Part shown: positions 20,090 through 29,551 of the stretch, piece by piece
How positions within the stretch are numbered: the first letter of the stretch is position 1
Layout: each line of letters opens with the position of its first letter
NCBI GenBank assembly: GCA_964291415.2
Contig: OZ219917.1
Coordinates: 768,001 to 832,000, forward strand
DNA length: 64,000 bases
DNA from: Alphaproteobacteria bacterium
GTDB lineage: Bacteria > Pseudomonadota > Alphaproteobacteria > SP197
Direction of reading: 5' to 3'
Made by a program: the position numbers and the translations under genes
The notes under the pieces: generated by a model
What the model was told of the DNA's origin: nothing
Databases searched by the model: none
Seen by the model: only the letters and a program-made list of their open reading frames with translations

Positions 20090-20587
20090 CCTGCTCGACG
20101 ATCCGCATCAGCGCGCGCGCTGGAGTTGTTCGAGGTCCAGAGTTCGATTGAACCGGCGACGCGGTCCAGGCGACACGGCACCGGGCCCGAAGCTCAACGT
20201 GCACCGGCGCGATCGTCCGGTCCCTGCATCAGATAGCCGAACTCGGTGAGCTCCTGCAGGCCGGCATGGCGTTCGATCACCCGTCGCCCCCAGTAGTCCG
20301 GCATCGAATCCCGGATCGCACCGAAGAACCCGTTCATGCGGACCATGTCTCGTAGATCCGCCCGGAAAGACGGAGTTCGACCGGATCGAGCTCGACCGCA
20401 TCAGCCCGCGCCCGGTACGAACGTCCGGCCGTACACGAATTGGCCGAGCCTGCCGGCGCGATCGTCCACGTCCACCGGAACCTGCCGATCGCGCTCGCCC
20501 GTTCCTGCTCGCCTATCTCGGGGCAGTTACGAACTCCGTCGCGTCCGGCAGCACAATGTAGACGTAGCATTCGCGTTCAGAAGTCAT
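20090..20587 (-). pseudogene. HipA-like kinase toxin N-terminal remnant
   Basis: An ATG overlapping the HTH gene end gives MTSERECYVYIVLPDATEFVTA then a stop. Shifted frames give ARADAVELDPVELRL and MNGFFGAIRDSMPDYWGRRVIER...DDRAGA. Confidence 0.8.
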
Positions 20588-20918
20588 CGCTCAGCTCCCG
20601 GCGACGGCCTGCCCTCCTTGGGCCGCGCGCACGCTCCAGGGTCTTGCCCTCGTCATCGCGATCGGGATCGGCTACCTCGCGCATGTGGCCGAGCAGGCCC
20701 AGTATCCACAGCGCGCCCAGGTATGCCGCAACACCGGTCGTTGGCTTGCCTCTCTCGACGTCGGCGATCACGAACCGGGAGACGCCCCTACGTTCTGCCA
20801 GCTCGACCTGCGAGAGCTTGCGGCGCAGTCGAGCCGTCCGGATGTTCCGGCCCAGCTGCCGCAGGGACTCCTCGACAGCGGCCGGCGGAGAACTGCCAAT
20901 CTTCGTCGGTCGCGGCAT
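20577..20918 (-). CDS. XRE-family HTH antitoxin (HipB-like)
   Basis: LGRNIRTARLRRKLSQVELAER...VERGKP, directly upstream of the hipA remnant. Confidence 0.85.
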   Translation of the reverse strand: MPRPTKIGSSPPAAVEESLRQLGRNIRTARLRRKLSQVELAERRGVSRFVIADVERGKPTTGVAAYLGALWILGLLGHMREVADPDRDDEGKTLERARGPRRAGRRRELSDDF

Positions 20919-21369
20919 GTAGTTTTACAACTCCATAAATGTCGTTAATGTTGCTTGTAATATACAACAAGATGCGCGTTTCGCAAAGAAGGTGGAGAGG
21001 AGCCAGGGCCCAGGGGGTCTGGATTGACATTCGGGACAGAACATCAATCAATCGACAGGATCGAACCTGCGGTTCGCAAGCGAGCGCCGGCCGTAGTCAG
21101 ACCATCGACAACTGACAGAGGGATGGCCGCTGAAAGGTTGCGCAAACCACGACAAGGAGTGATGGCAAACAGATCTGACCACGATCAGCCAAGACTGCAT
21201 GGTGCTAGGGGCAAGAGGCCCGCGGGAGAGATGATTCGTGGACCGGCGGATTGCATCAGGACCGGCGGCTAGAGGGCCCGCGTCAACAGACCGGATTCAA
21301 CACCGCAATCTGCCTGCCTGTCACAACCATGTTGAACGTTGCTTTCCGGGAGGTGTCCAGACAAACGCC

Positions 21370-22544
21370 ATGATCGACGTCGCACGTGCCGGGCCGACAC
21401 GCCCACCGTGAAGAATCTGGCTTTCTTCTACAGCTGTGGCGCGGGCCTGATGCCGCGGCCGGTGCTCGACGCGCTGCACGGCCATCTCGAACTCGAGGCC
21501 CGCATCGGCGGTTACGCGGCCGAGGACGAGGCGAAGCCCGCGGTACGGGCGACCTACGCCTCGATCGCGCGTCTGCTGAACTGCCTGGAGGAAGAGGTCG
21601 CGCTCGTCGAGAACGCTACCGTGGCCTGGCGCCAGGCCTTCTACGGCCTGGCCCAGGACATGAAACCGGGCGACAACATCGTGACGGCGATCCCGGAGTA
21701 CGCCTCGAACTTCATCGCCTTCCTGCAGACCGCGCGGCGCCGGGGCGTGGACATCGTCGTCGCACCGAACGACGGTACGGGCCAGGTCGATGTCGCGGCG
21801 CTGGAGGGGTTGGTGGACGGCCACACGAAGCTCATCGCCATGACCCATGTGCCGACCTCGGGAGGCCTCGTCACGCCGGCGGCGGAGGTCGGCCGGATCG
21901 CGCGTGGGCGAGGGGTGCCCTATCTGCTCGACGCCTGCCAGTCGGTCGGGCAGCTTCCGCTCGATGTCGAGGAGATCGGCTGCGATTTCCTGTCGGCCAC
22001 GGGGCGGAAGTTCCTGCGCGGTCCCCGCGGCACGGGGTTTCTCTACGCCCGCAAGACCGCCATGGCGGCGTGCGAGCCCCCGATGCTCGACCTGCTCTCG
22101 GCTACCTGGGTGGCCGCCGACCGCTACGAACTCGACCCCAGCGCGCGCCGCTACGAAAACTGGGAGGGCTTCGTCGCCGGCAAGGCTGCCCTCGGCGTTG
22201 CCGTCGACTATGCCCTGACGCTCGGGCTGGACGCCATCGCCGAGCGCAACCGCGATCTGGCCGCGGACCTGCGCGAACGTCTGGCCGCGATTCCCGGCGT
22301 TACCCTGCGCGACGCCGGCGGGGACCGTTGCGCCATCGTCACCTTCACCCACGACCGTTTCGCGCCTGACGATCTCGTTGCCCGGCTGGCCGCCCGGAAC
22401 ATCGTCATCGGCAGCTCACGGCCCTCGTCGACCCTGCTCGACTTCGAGAGCCGCAACCTGCCGCCGCTGTGCCGTGCGGCGGTGCATTATCTCAACACCG
22501 CCGAGGAGGTCGCCCGCCTGGCCGACGCGGTCGCAGAACTCTAG
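21370..22544 (+). CDS. Class V PLP aminotransferase (cysteine desulfurase-like) with an N-terminal frameshift
   Basis: EYASN, THVPTSGG, LDACQSVGQ, SATGRKFLRGPRG (PLP Lys). ATG 21370 is out of frame with the body of the gene, and an in-frame GTG lies at 21408. Confidence 0.85.
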
Positions 22545-22701
22545 GGTTGGGCCTCCATCAGGTTCGCCATGCTCTTGCAGCAACGGGGAAGACGGCGCGT
22601 CGCGAATCGCTCTCCGTGCTCACGCCATCCTTCAGGCGGCAGGCAGCGCCTTATCCGCCTTGTGATGTCTTGCCGGAGTCAGGGCACGTGGTCGGTTCAG
22701 A

Positions 22702-23550
22702 TCACTCCCGGCCGCGAAGCCTCTCCGAGCGTCGGCGCAGCAGCTCGAGGACGATCAGCAGACACACCGACAGCAGGATCAGCAGCGTCGCCACGGCCAG
22801 AATGGTCGGATTGATCTGTTCTCGCAGGCCGGAGAACATCTGCCGCGGAATCGTGCGTTGGTCCGGTCCTGCGAGAAACAACACCAGAACCACTTCATCG
22901 AACGACGTCACGAAGGCGAAGAGGGCGCCCGAAATCACGCCGGGCCGGATCAGCGGGAACACCACCTCGAAGAAGGTTCGAACGGGGTTGGTCCCCAGGC
23001 TCAGCCCGGCGTTGTAGAGTGCGCGATCGAAGCCGACGAGCGTTGCCGTGACCGTCACGACGACGAAGGGAATGCCCAGCGCCGCGTGTGCGATCACGAG
23101 TCCGGGGAGCGTGCCGACCAGTCCGAACCGCGTATAAAAGAAGAACATGCCGGCCGCGATGATGATCAGCGGCACGATCATCGGCGACAGCAGCAGCGCC
23201 GTGATGATGCGCTTGAACGGCATGTGTGCGCTCGCCAGACCCACCGCCGCCACGGTGCCCAGAACGGTCGCGAGAATTGTCGCGAAAAACCCGATGATGA
23301 AGCTGTTCTTGATTGCCAGGATCCAGTTGGGGCTGTCCAGGATCTTCTGATACCACCTGAGCGAGTAGGCATCCGCGTCGAGCGCCAGCATTCCCTCCGT
23401 GAACGTGAAGTAGGGCTGGCTGTTGAACGACAGCGGCACCATGACGAGGATGGGCATGATCAGAAAGAACAGCGCCGCAGCGGCCCAGAACCGCAGCATG
23501 TAGACGCCCGCTTTGTGCTTCCAGTTGTAGTAGGCCGGGAACTCCGCCAT
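22702..23550 (-). CDS. Polyamine-type ABC permease (PotC-like)
   Basis: LSPMIVP, AGLSLG EAA-loop, FVTSFDEV. Confidence 0.9.
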   Translation of the reverse strand: MAEFPAYYNWKHKAGVYMLRFWAAAALFFLIMPILVMVPLSFNSQPYFTFTEGMLALDADAYSLRWYQKILDSPNWILAIKNSFIIGFFATILATVLGTVAAVGLASAHMPFKRIITALLLSPMIVPLIIIAAGMFFFYTRFGLVGTLPGLVIAHAALGIPFVVVTVTATLVGFDRALYNAGLSLGTNPVRTFFEVVFPLIRPGVISGALFAFVTSFDEVVLVLFLAGPDQRTIPRQMFSGLREQINPTILAVATLLILLSVCLLIVLELLRRRSERLRGRE

Positions 23551-23553
23551 GGC

Positions 23554-24825
23554 TCAGCCGAGCTTGATGTTTCCGGCCCCGACCATGCGGTCATAGGCCC
23601 AGTAGAGACAGACGATCACGACGAGGAGCAGCGTGCCGAGTGCAGCCGCGAGTTCCCAGTTGTTCGACTGCTGCATGTGGAACGCAATCACATTGGAAAT
23701 CATCTGGCCGTCGGTTCCGCCGACCAGCGCGGGCGTGATGTAGTAGCCGACCGAGATGATGAAGACCAGCAGCCCGCCGGCCGACAGGCCCGCGAGCGTC
23801 ATCGGGAAATAGACCCTCAGGAACGATGGAATCGGCCGTGCCCCCAGCGACAGGGATGCCCGCATCAGGCTGGGATCGATGCCCTTCATGACGCTGTAGA
23901 GCGGCAGCACCATGAACGGAAGCAGGACATGGGTCATCGCGACGATCGTCGCGAATTCCGTGTACATCATCTCGATGGGCTGCGTCGTGATCCCGATGCC
24001 CATGAGCAGCGAATTGATCACGCCGTTGGTCTGCAGAAGTGCGATCCACGATGTCGTCCTCACCAGAAGCGATGTCCAGAACGGGAGCAGGATGAAGATC
24101 AGCATCGTGTTGGCGACCCTTGGAGACGAGTTCGCCATCATGTAGGCAAGCGGGTAACCGAGCAGGAATGTGAGGAACGTGATGATCAGCGCCATCTTGA
24201 TGGTCTTGACGTAGAGTTGGATGTAGATGCGCGCCGACTCCCGGCGCTGAATCTCGCCGGCGGGACCCCGCTCAAGGTCCAGTGCGGTCAGGAAGTTCCT
24301 CTCGGAGTATCGTTTGCCGGCCTCGCGAACCGTGCGCCACAGATCCGGACTGCTCCATCTGTCATGGGCCTCGAGAAGGAGTGCGGCGCCGAGAGACGGA
24401 AGATCATGGTCCGCCACATTCCGGAGTTTTCGGGCCGTTGCCTTCACGACGCTGGAGGTTCCGGGCAGCCCGCGATTGAGTTCCTCGGCGAGCTTGCCGG
24501 CCGTGCGATCGTTCGCGAGGCGCTTCAGGTCGACCGCCATCGTCGCCAGGACCGAGTCGTCCGGCGTGCCGTGTCCGTCCCAGTCCTGCAGGCTGGCCAG
24601 GGTGTCGGGAATGAGCTCGGCCACGGTCGGATTGTAGACGCCCTGGTGCAGCATGGTCGTGATCGGTGCGACGAAGGCGAAGCCGATGAACGCGAGCAAC
24701 GGCACGACGAGGGCAAACGCGGTGAGACGCCGGCGGTTCAGGGCGCGGGTGGCGACGGCCATCTCTTCGCGCGTCAGCGTGCCACCGGCCGGGGACGTGC
24801 GATCTTGAAGTGAGGCTGCGGTCAT
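23554..24825 (-). CDS. Polyamine-type ABC permease (PotB-like)
   Basis: LPFWTSLLVRT, LPFMVLPLY, YYITPALVGG. Confidence 0.9.
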   Translation of the reverse strand: MTAASLQDRTSPAGGTLTREEMAVATRALNRRRLTAFALVVPLLAFIGFAFVAPITTMLHQGVYNPTVAELIPDTLASLQDWDGHGTPDDSVLATMAVDLKRLANDRTAGKLAEELNRGLPGTSSVVKATARKLRNVADHDLPSLGAALLLEAHDRWSSPDLWRTVREAGKRYSERNFLTALDLERGPAGEIQRRESARIYIQLYVKTIKMALIITFLTFLLGYPLAYMMANSSPRVANTMLIFILLPFWTSLLVRTTSWIALLQTNGVINSLLMGIGITTQPIEMMYTEFATIVAMTHVLLPFMVLPLYSVMKGIDPSLMRASLSLGARPIPSFLRVYFPMTLAGLSAGGLLVFIISVGYYITPALVGGTDGQMISNVIAFHMQQSNNWELAAALGTLLLVVIVCLYWAYDRMVGAGNIKLG

Positions 24826-24834
24826 CGTCTGGAG

Positions 24835-24873
24835 CGCAATGGGCGCCGCATGTCGCTGGCGGCGCCCATTGCG
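24835..24873. repeat. 15-bp perfect inverted repeat between the binding-protein and permease genes
   Basis: CGCAATGGGCGCCGC (24835-24849) / GCGGCGCCCATTGCG (24859-24873). This position is typical of an mRNA-stabilising or attenuating hairpin. Confidence 0.8.
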
Positions 24874-24880
24874 GCAAAGG

Positions 24881-25939
24881 CTACTTCAGGAGCCACTCGT
24901 TGAACTTCTCGCCGAGTGATTCGCCGTAGTCGGCCCAAAAGATGCCGTCGGCCTTCAGGCCCTTGTCGATGTGCGCCGTCGGCAGGTCGTTCACGACGGC
25001 AGGATCGACCAGCGCCGCAGCCGACCGTCGCGTCGGACCGTAAGCGACGTCCTGCATGCCCGAGAGCGGCACGGTGCTCGTCGCGAACTTCACGAAATCG
25101 AGCGCCAGCTCCATATTCGGAGTTCCCTTCGTGATGGCCCATACGTCGAGGTCGAACACGTGGCTGTCCCAGACCATGACGAACGGCCGGCCGTGATCCT
25201 GGATGTCCTTGAAGATGCGGCCGTTGGCGGATTGAACCATCACGGCGCCGCCGTCGTTCAGGAGCTGGGGCGCCTGGGACCAGGACTCGTACCAGACGAG
25301 GTCGTCCCTGATGGTGTCGAGCTTGGCGAACGCGCGCGTCTGTCCCTCGTCCGTTGCGAGAAGGTCGTAGACCTCGTTGCGAGGAACGCCGTCGGCAATC
25401 AGCGCCCACTCGAGGTTCACCTGGGGACGTTTCCTCAGGGCGCGCTTGCCGGGGAAGGTCTCGGTGTCGAAGAAGTCGGCGATCGTGCTGGGAACGCCGC
25501 CCTCGATCGTTTCCGTGTTGTAGGCGTAGATGATTGTCCAGAAGATCACGCCCACGCCGCACTCGTTGGCCAGGGCCTCGGCGAAGAAATCCTCTTCCGC
25601 CGGAACGCCGTCGTCGCCGGGCGGCAGGATATCCCGGGGGATGATCTCCAGCAGGCCTTCGGAGCAAGCTCTCTCGAGGTCGATGACCTCGATATCGACA
25701 ACATCCCACTGGATGTTGCCCGCCTCGACCTGCGCCTTGATTTCTGCGATGCCCCCGGAATAGTCCTCGAAGAGGACGTTGTTTCCGGTCGCCTCGATGT
25801 AGGGGTCGACCATGTGCAGCTTCTGCGCCGCACCGTAAGCGCCGCCGAACGACACGGCGGTCAGATCGTCAGTCTGGCCGGCTGTCGCACCCAACGTCAG
25901 CATGGCGACAGCACTCAACAGAATACTGGGATGTTTCAT
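24881..25939 (-). CDS. Polyamine-type ABC substrate-binding protein
   Basis: Signal peptide, SFGGAY, QWDVVD, FPGKRALRK, EWALIADGV. Confidence 0.9.
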   Translation of the reverse strand: MKHPSILLSAVAMLTLGATAGQTDDLTAVSFGGAYGAAQKLHMVDPYIEATGNNVLFEDYSGGIAEIKAQVEAGNIQWDVVDIEVIDLERACSEGLLEIIPRDILPPGDDGVPAEEDFFAEALANECGVGVIFWTIIYAYNTETIEGGVPSTIADFFDTETFPGKRALRKRPQVNLEWALIADGVPRNEVYDLLATDEGQTRAFAKLDTIRDDLVWYESWSQAPQLLNDGGAVMVQSANGRIFKDIQDHGRPFVMVWDSHVFDLDVWAITKGTPNMELALDFVKFATSTVPLSGMQDVAYGPTRRSAAALVDPAVVNDLPTAHIDKGLKADGIFWADYGESLGEKFNEWLLK

Positions 25940-26008
25940 CTCCCTCTCCCCTTGGTTGTTGTTCAATCAGAACTAACTCCGCCATGCGATCCGACACGGG
26001 ATGTCCGA

Positions 26009-27139
26009 TCAATCCGTGTTGAAGGCATAGCAGTCACTTGCTTGCCACATGAGGCCGGCAATCTCGCCTTGACCAAGTTTGGGCGCATCCAGGTCGTTCA
26101 GGAGCTTGACTGTCACTTCCGTGCCGTCGTCGAGTTCGAAGTAATAGCGAATGAAATCGCCGACATAGTGGCGCACGATGAACCTTGCCGGGATCTCGTT
26201 GTCGTACCCGGTCCGATCCGTCTTGATGAACATCTTCTCCGGCCTGACCGAAATCCTGCACGGCGCGCCGGTGGTCTTCACGTCGGCCAATCGGGCGGTG
26301 ATCTCTTTCCCGTTCGCGACGGCAACACGAACTTCGTTCCCTGCGGTCTCGACGACCTCGCCCGGCATCATGTTGTTCTCGCCGATGAAGTTGGCGACAA
26401 ACGCATTTCGGGGCCGTTCGTACAGTTCGTCAGGGGTCGCACATTGTTGAACGACGCCATCGTTGAACACCGCGATGCGGTCCGACATCGTCAGCGCTTC
26501 CGTCTGGTCGTGCGTGACGTAGATGACCGTGAAGCCCAGTTTCTGGTGCAGGCGTGTGATCTCGAACTGCATCTGCTCGCGCAGTTTCTTGTCGAGCGCG
26601 CCGAGCGGTTCGTCCATCAGGACGAGAGCCGGCTCGAAGATGAGGGCGCGCGCCAGCGCGACCCTCTGGCGCTGCCCGCCCGAAAGCTGCGCGGGATAGC
26701 GGTTGCCGAACCCGTCCAGCTCGACCAGCGACAGGTATTCCTCGACGAGCGGCGCGATCGTCGAACGGCGCATCTTCCGCGCCTTCAGGGGATAGGCGAG
26801 GTTCTCGGAGATCGTCATGTGCGGAAACAGGGCGTAGTTCTGGAACACCACGCCGATGTTGCGGTCATAGGGCGCGATGCGCGTGACCGGCACGCCGTCG
26901 ATCTCGATATCGCCCCCCGTCACGCTTTCGAAACCGGCCAGCAGCATCAGAATGGTGGTCTTGCCCGAGCCGGACGGTCCCAGAAGTGTGATGAACTCGC
27001 CCTTGGCAACGTCGAGGCTGAACCCGTTCACGACCAGGGTCTTTCGGTCGTAGCTCTTCTTGACGTCGACAAACCGGAGAAAACCCGTTTCCGTCCCGGC
27101 GAACGTCCTTTCTGCTTCCTGGTCGTTGCTGCGCGTCAT
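26009..27139 (-). CDS. Polyamine-type ABC ATPase (PotA-like)
   Basis: GPSGSGKT, VFQNYALFPH, LSGGQRQR, C-terminal TOBE. Confidence 0.93.
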   Translation of the reverse strand: MTRSNDQEAERTFAGTETGFLRFVDVKKSYDRKTLVVNGFSLDVAKGEFITLLGPSGSGKTTILMLLAGFESVTGGDIEIDGVPVTRIAPYDRNIGVVFQNYALFPHMTISENLAYPLKARKMRRSTIAPLVEEYLSLVELDGFGNRYPAQLSGGQRQRVALARALIFEPALVLMDEPLGALDKKLREQMQFEITRLHQKLGFTVIYVTHDQTEALTMSDRIAVFNDGVVQQCATPDELYERPRNAFVANFIGENNMMPGEVVETAGNEVRVAVANGKEITARLADVKTTGAPCRISVRPEKMFIKTDRTGYDNEIPARFIVRHYVGDFIRYYFELDDGTEVTVKLLNDLDAPKLGQGEIAGLMWQASDCYAFNTD

Positions 27140-27169
27140 GGGCAGGTGTTCTCGCCGCTGATGCCGTCT

Positions 27170-28669
27170 CTATTGCAGGACCGGCATGACGTACTCGGCA
27201 CCTTGCCGGATGCCGGACGGCCACCGCTCGGTAACGGTCTTCAGTCGGGTGTAGAACCGGACGCCCTCGGGGCCGTGCATGTGGTGGTCGCCGAAGAGCG
27301 ATCGCTTCCAGCCGCCGAAACTGTGATAGGCGACCGGCACCGGAATCGGCACGTTGACGCCCACCATGCCGATCCTGGCGCGGGTCGAGAAGTCGCGCGC
27401 GGCGTCGCCGTCGCGGGTGAAGATCGCCGCGCCGTTGCCAAGTTCATGGTCGTTAACGAGCCCGAGCGCTTCCTCGTAGTCGTCCGCACGCACCACCGAG
27501 AGCACGGGCCCGAAGATCTCTTCCTTGTAGATTCGCATGTCGGGTGTGACGCGGTCGAAGATCGATCCGCCAATGAAGTTGCCGTTCTCGTAGCCTTGCA
27601 GCGAGAAGCCGCGCCCGTCGACGACGAGCTCCGCGCCTTCCTCGACGCCGAGATCGATGTAGCTCCGCACTTTCTCGTAGTGCTGGCGCGTGATGAGCGG
27701 ACCCATGTCGGCATCGGGATCGGTGTAGGGACCGATGCGGAGACTCTCGACGCGCGGCTGCAGGCGCTCAATCAGGGCGTCGCCGACCTGCTGGCCGACG
27801 GTCACCGCCACCGAGACCGCCATGCAGCGCTCGCCGGCCGAGCCAAACGCTGCCCCCATCAATGCATCGGTGGCCTGCTCGAGATCGGCATCGGGCATCA
27901 CGACCATGTGGTTCTTGGCGCCGCCCAGGGCCTGCACCCGTTTCCCGTGGGCCGTGCCGGTCCGATAGACGTACTCGGCAACGGGTGTCGAGCCAACGAA
28001 GCTCACGGCCTGAACGGCGGGATCGGCCAGCAGCGCATCGACCGCGACCTTGTCGCCGTTGACCACGTTGAGAATTCCCGGTGGCGCACCGGCCTCCTCC
28101 AGCAGCTCGACCAGCCGCAGGGCACACGACGGCGCCTTCTCCGATGGCTTCAGCACGAACGCGTTGCCGCAGGCAATCGCCATCGGGAACATCCACATCG
28201 GCACCATCGCCGGAAAGTTGAACGGCGTGATGCCGGCCACAACGCCGAGCGGATGGCGCGCGGCATGGCTGTCCACGCCGGTGCCGACACTGGCACTGAA
28301 CTCTCCCTTCAGCATCTGCGAGATTCCGCAGGCGAACTCCACCACCTCGAGCCCGCGCGTCACCGATCCCCGTGCATCCGACAGCGTCTTGCCGTGCTCG
28401 CGGGACACACGCTCGGCAAGCTCGTCCATGTGCTCCTCGACAAGGTCCTTGAAGCGGTACATGACCCGCGCACGGTTCTGTGGCGTTACCGCGGCCCAGG
28501 CCGGCTGCGCCTCCGCCGCAGTGCGCACCGCCTCGGCCACGAGTGACTCCGACCCAAACGGCACGCGCGCGATCACCTCGCCGGTCGCCGGGTTCGTGAC
28601 TTCGCCCAGGAGCGCCGCGTCGCCAGGAACCCTGCGTCCGCCGACGTAGTGATGAAGCACGTCAGCCAT
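27170..28669 (-). CDS. mmsA: CoA-acylating (methyl)malonate-semialdehyde dehydrogenase
   Basis: ITPFNFPAMVP, GGAKNH, GSAGERCMA, EEIFGPV, GVNVPIPVP. Confidence 0.95.
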   Translation of the reverse strand: MADVLHHYVGGRRVPGDAALLGEVTNPATGEVIARVPFGSESLVAEAVRTAAEAQPAWAAVTPQNRARVMYRFKDLVEEHMDELAERVSREHGKTLSDARGSVTRGLEVVEFACGISQMLKGEFSASVGTGVDSHAARHPLGVVAGITPFNFPAMVPMWMFPMAIACGNAFVLKPSEKAPSCALRLVELLEEAGAPPGILNVVNGDKVAVDALLADPAVQAVSFVGSTPVAEYVYRTGTAHGKRVQALGGAKNHMVVMPDADLEQATDALMGAAFGSAGERCMAVSVAVTVGQQVGDALIERLQPRVESLRIGPYTDPDADMGPLITRQHYEKVRSYIDLGVEEGAELVVDGRGFSLQGYENGNFIGGSIFDRVTPDMRIYKEEIFGPVLSVVRADDYEEALGLVNDHELGNGAAIFTRDGDAARDFSTRARIGMVGVNVPIPVPVAYHSFGGWKRSLFGDHHMHGPEGVRFYTRLKTVTERWPSGIRQGAEYVMPVLQ

Positions 28670-28892
28670 CGCGCAACGCCCCGGCGGCCTCCTGCGTGAT
28701 GAACGAAATCCCCATGACGGCAATCACGGGCAAGACATGCGATGCCCCGGGTTCCGGCATCCCGGTGTTCCGCAACATCTTCGAAGTCACAGTCCGGTCC
28801 CTTCCCCTGGATCGCAGCGAGCCTTGCGAGCGATTCGGAAGGGCATCGCCGACAGTAGCGTCGACGATAGTCGGGTCACGTGCTTTCGCGCG

Positions 28893-28908
28893 TCCCCAAC
28901 CTTGGGGA
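28893..28908. promoter_or_regulatory. Palindromic motif TCCCCAA-N2-TTGGGGA, copy 1
   Basis: TCCCCAACCTTGGGGA. A second copy lies at 29346. Confidence 0.45.
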
Positions 28909-29345
28909 GAACGGGCACTTTTTTTGGAGAGTCTCCGGTGGTCTTGAGTCTGTCTGGCGAGGGCTTCGCCAGTCCTGGTTTGGAACAGGACGCAGAAACA
29001 GCGCACGTCGCGCGGAGACCGATGTTCAAGACATTTCCGGCAGTCCGGCAGGGTGGTGTTTGCGTCGGCGTTGCGGCGGAGTGGGTCCGGACCGGACCAT
29101 CGGCACCGGGCCACTCCGTCAAGAGGGTCGCGCTTCGCATGGGGACCGGTCTTGCCGCAGTGAGGCCCGGAAACGCGCGAGCATTTCTCAACACGGGTTT
29201 TCCGGATGGCGCATCCGACCCAACCCGTCGAGGAGCAGTTCTCCTTCAGCCTGCTTGCGCGGCAGGAAAACCTCTTTCCGGGCGGAAAGTGTTGGCTCGC
29301 CCTGCAGAGCGGAATCGCGCCTGCACGCGACGACCCTGCCGTGTC

Positions 29346-29361
29346 TCCCTAAAATTGGGGA
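29346..29361. promoter_or_regulatory. Palindromic motif, copy 2
   Basis: TCCCTAAAATTGGGGA, upstream of the LuxR-type gene. Confidence 0.45.
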
Positions 29362-29551
29362 AGCACGCAAACACACAGTTCGAATACTCTTGCCTGTGGA
29401 GGTGCGTCATCATGCGGGCGAATGCCCTTTTCATATGGCAGCAGATCGCCGCAGGCAGCCACGTCGGCAGGGCCGGGAATGTCGGCAGCAAGGGCAGCAT
29501 TCCTAGCGAGACTGGAGGCGTCGGGGCCGCGAAGCGTCCGCCAGTGAAGCC

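Noticed and set aside
20980-21340. Intergenic region checked for an sRNA or riboswitch
   Set aside because: No convincing hairpin, terminator or known motif by eye.
24971-28546. 1191-aa plus-strand ORF
   Set aside because: Antisense shadow of mmsA and the ABC genes in high-GC DNA, with no motifs.
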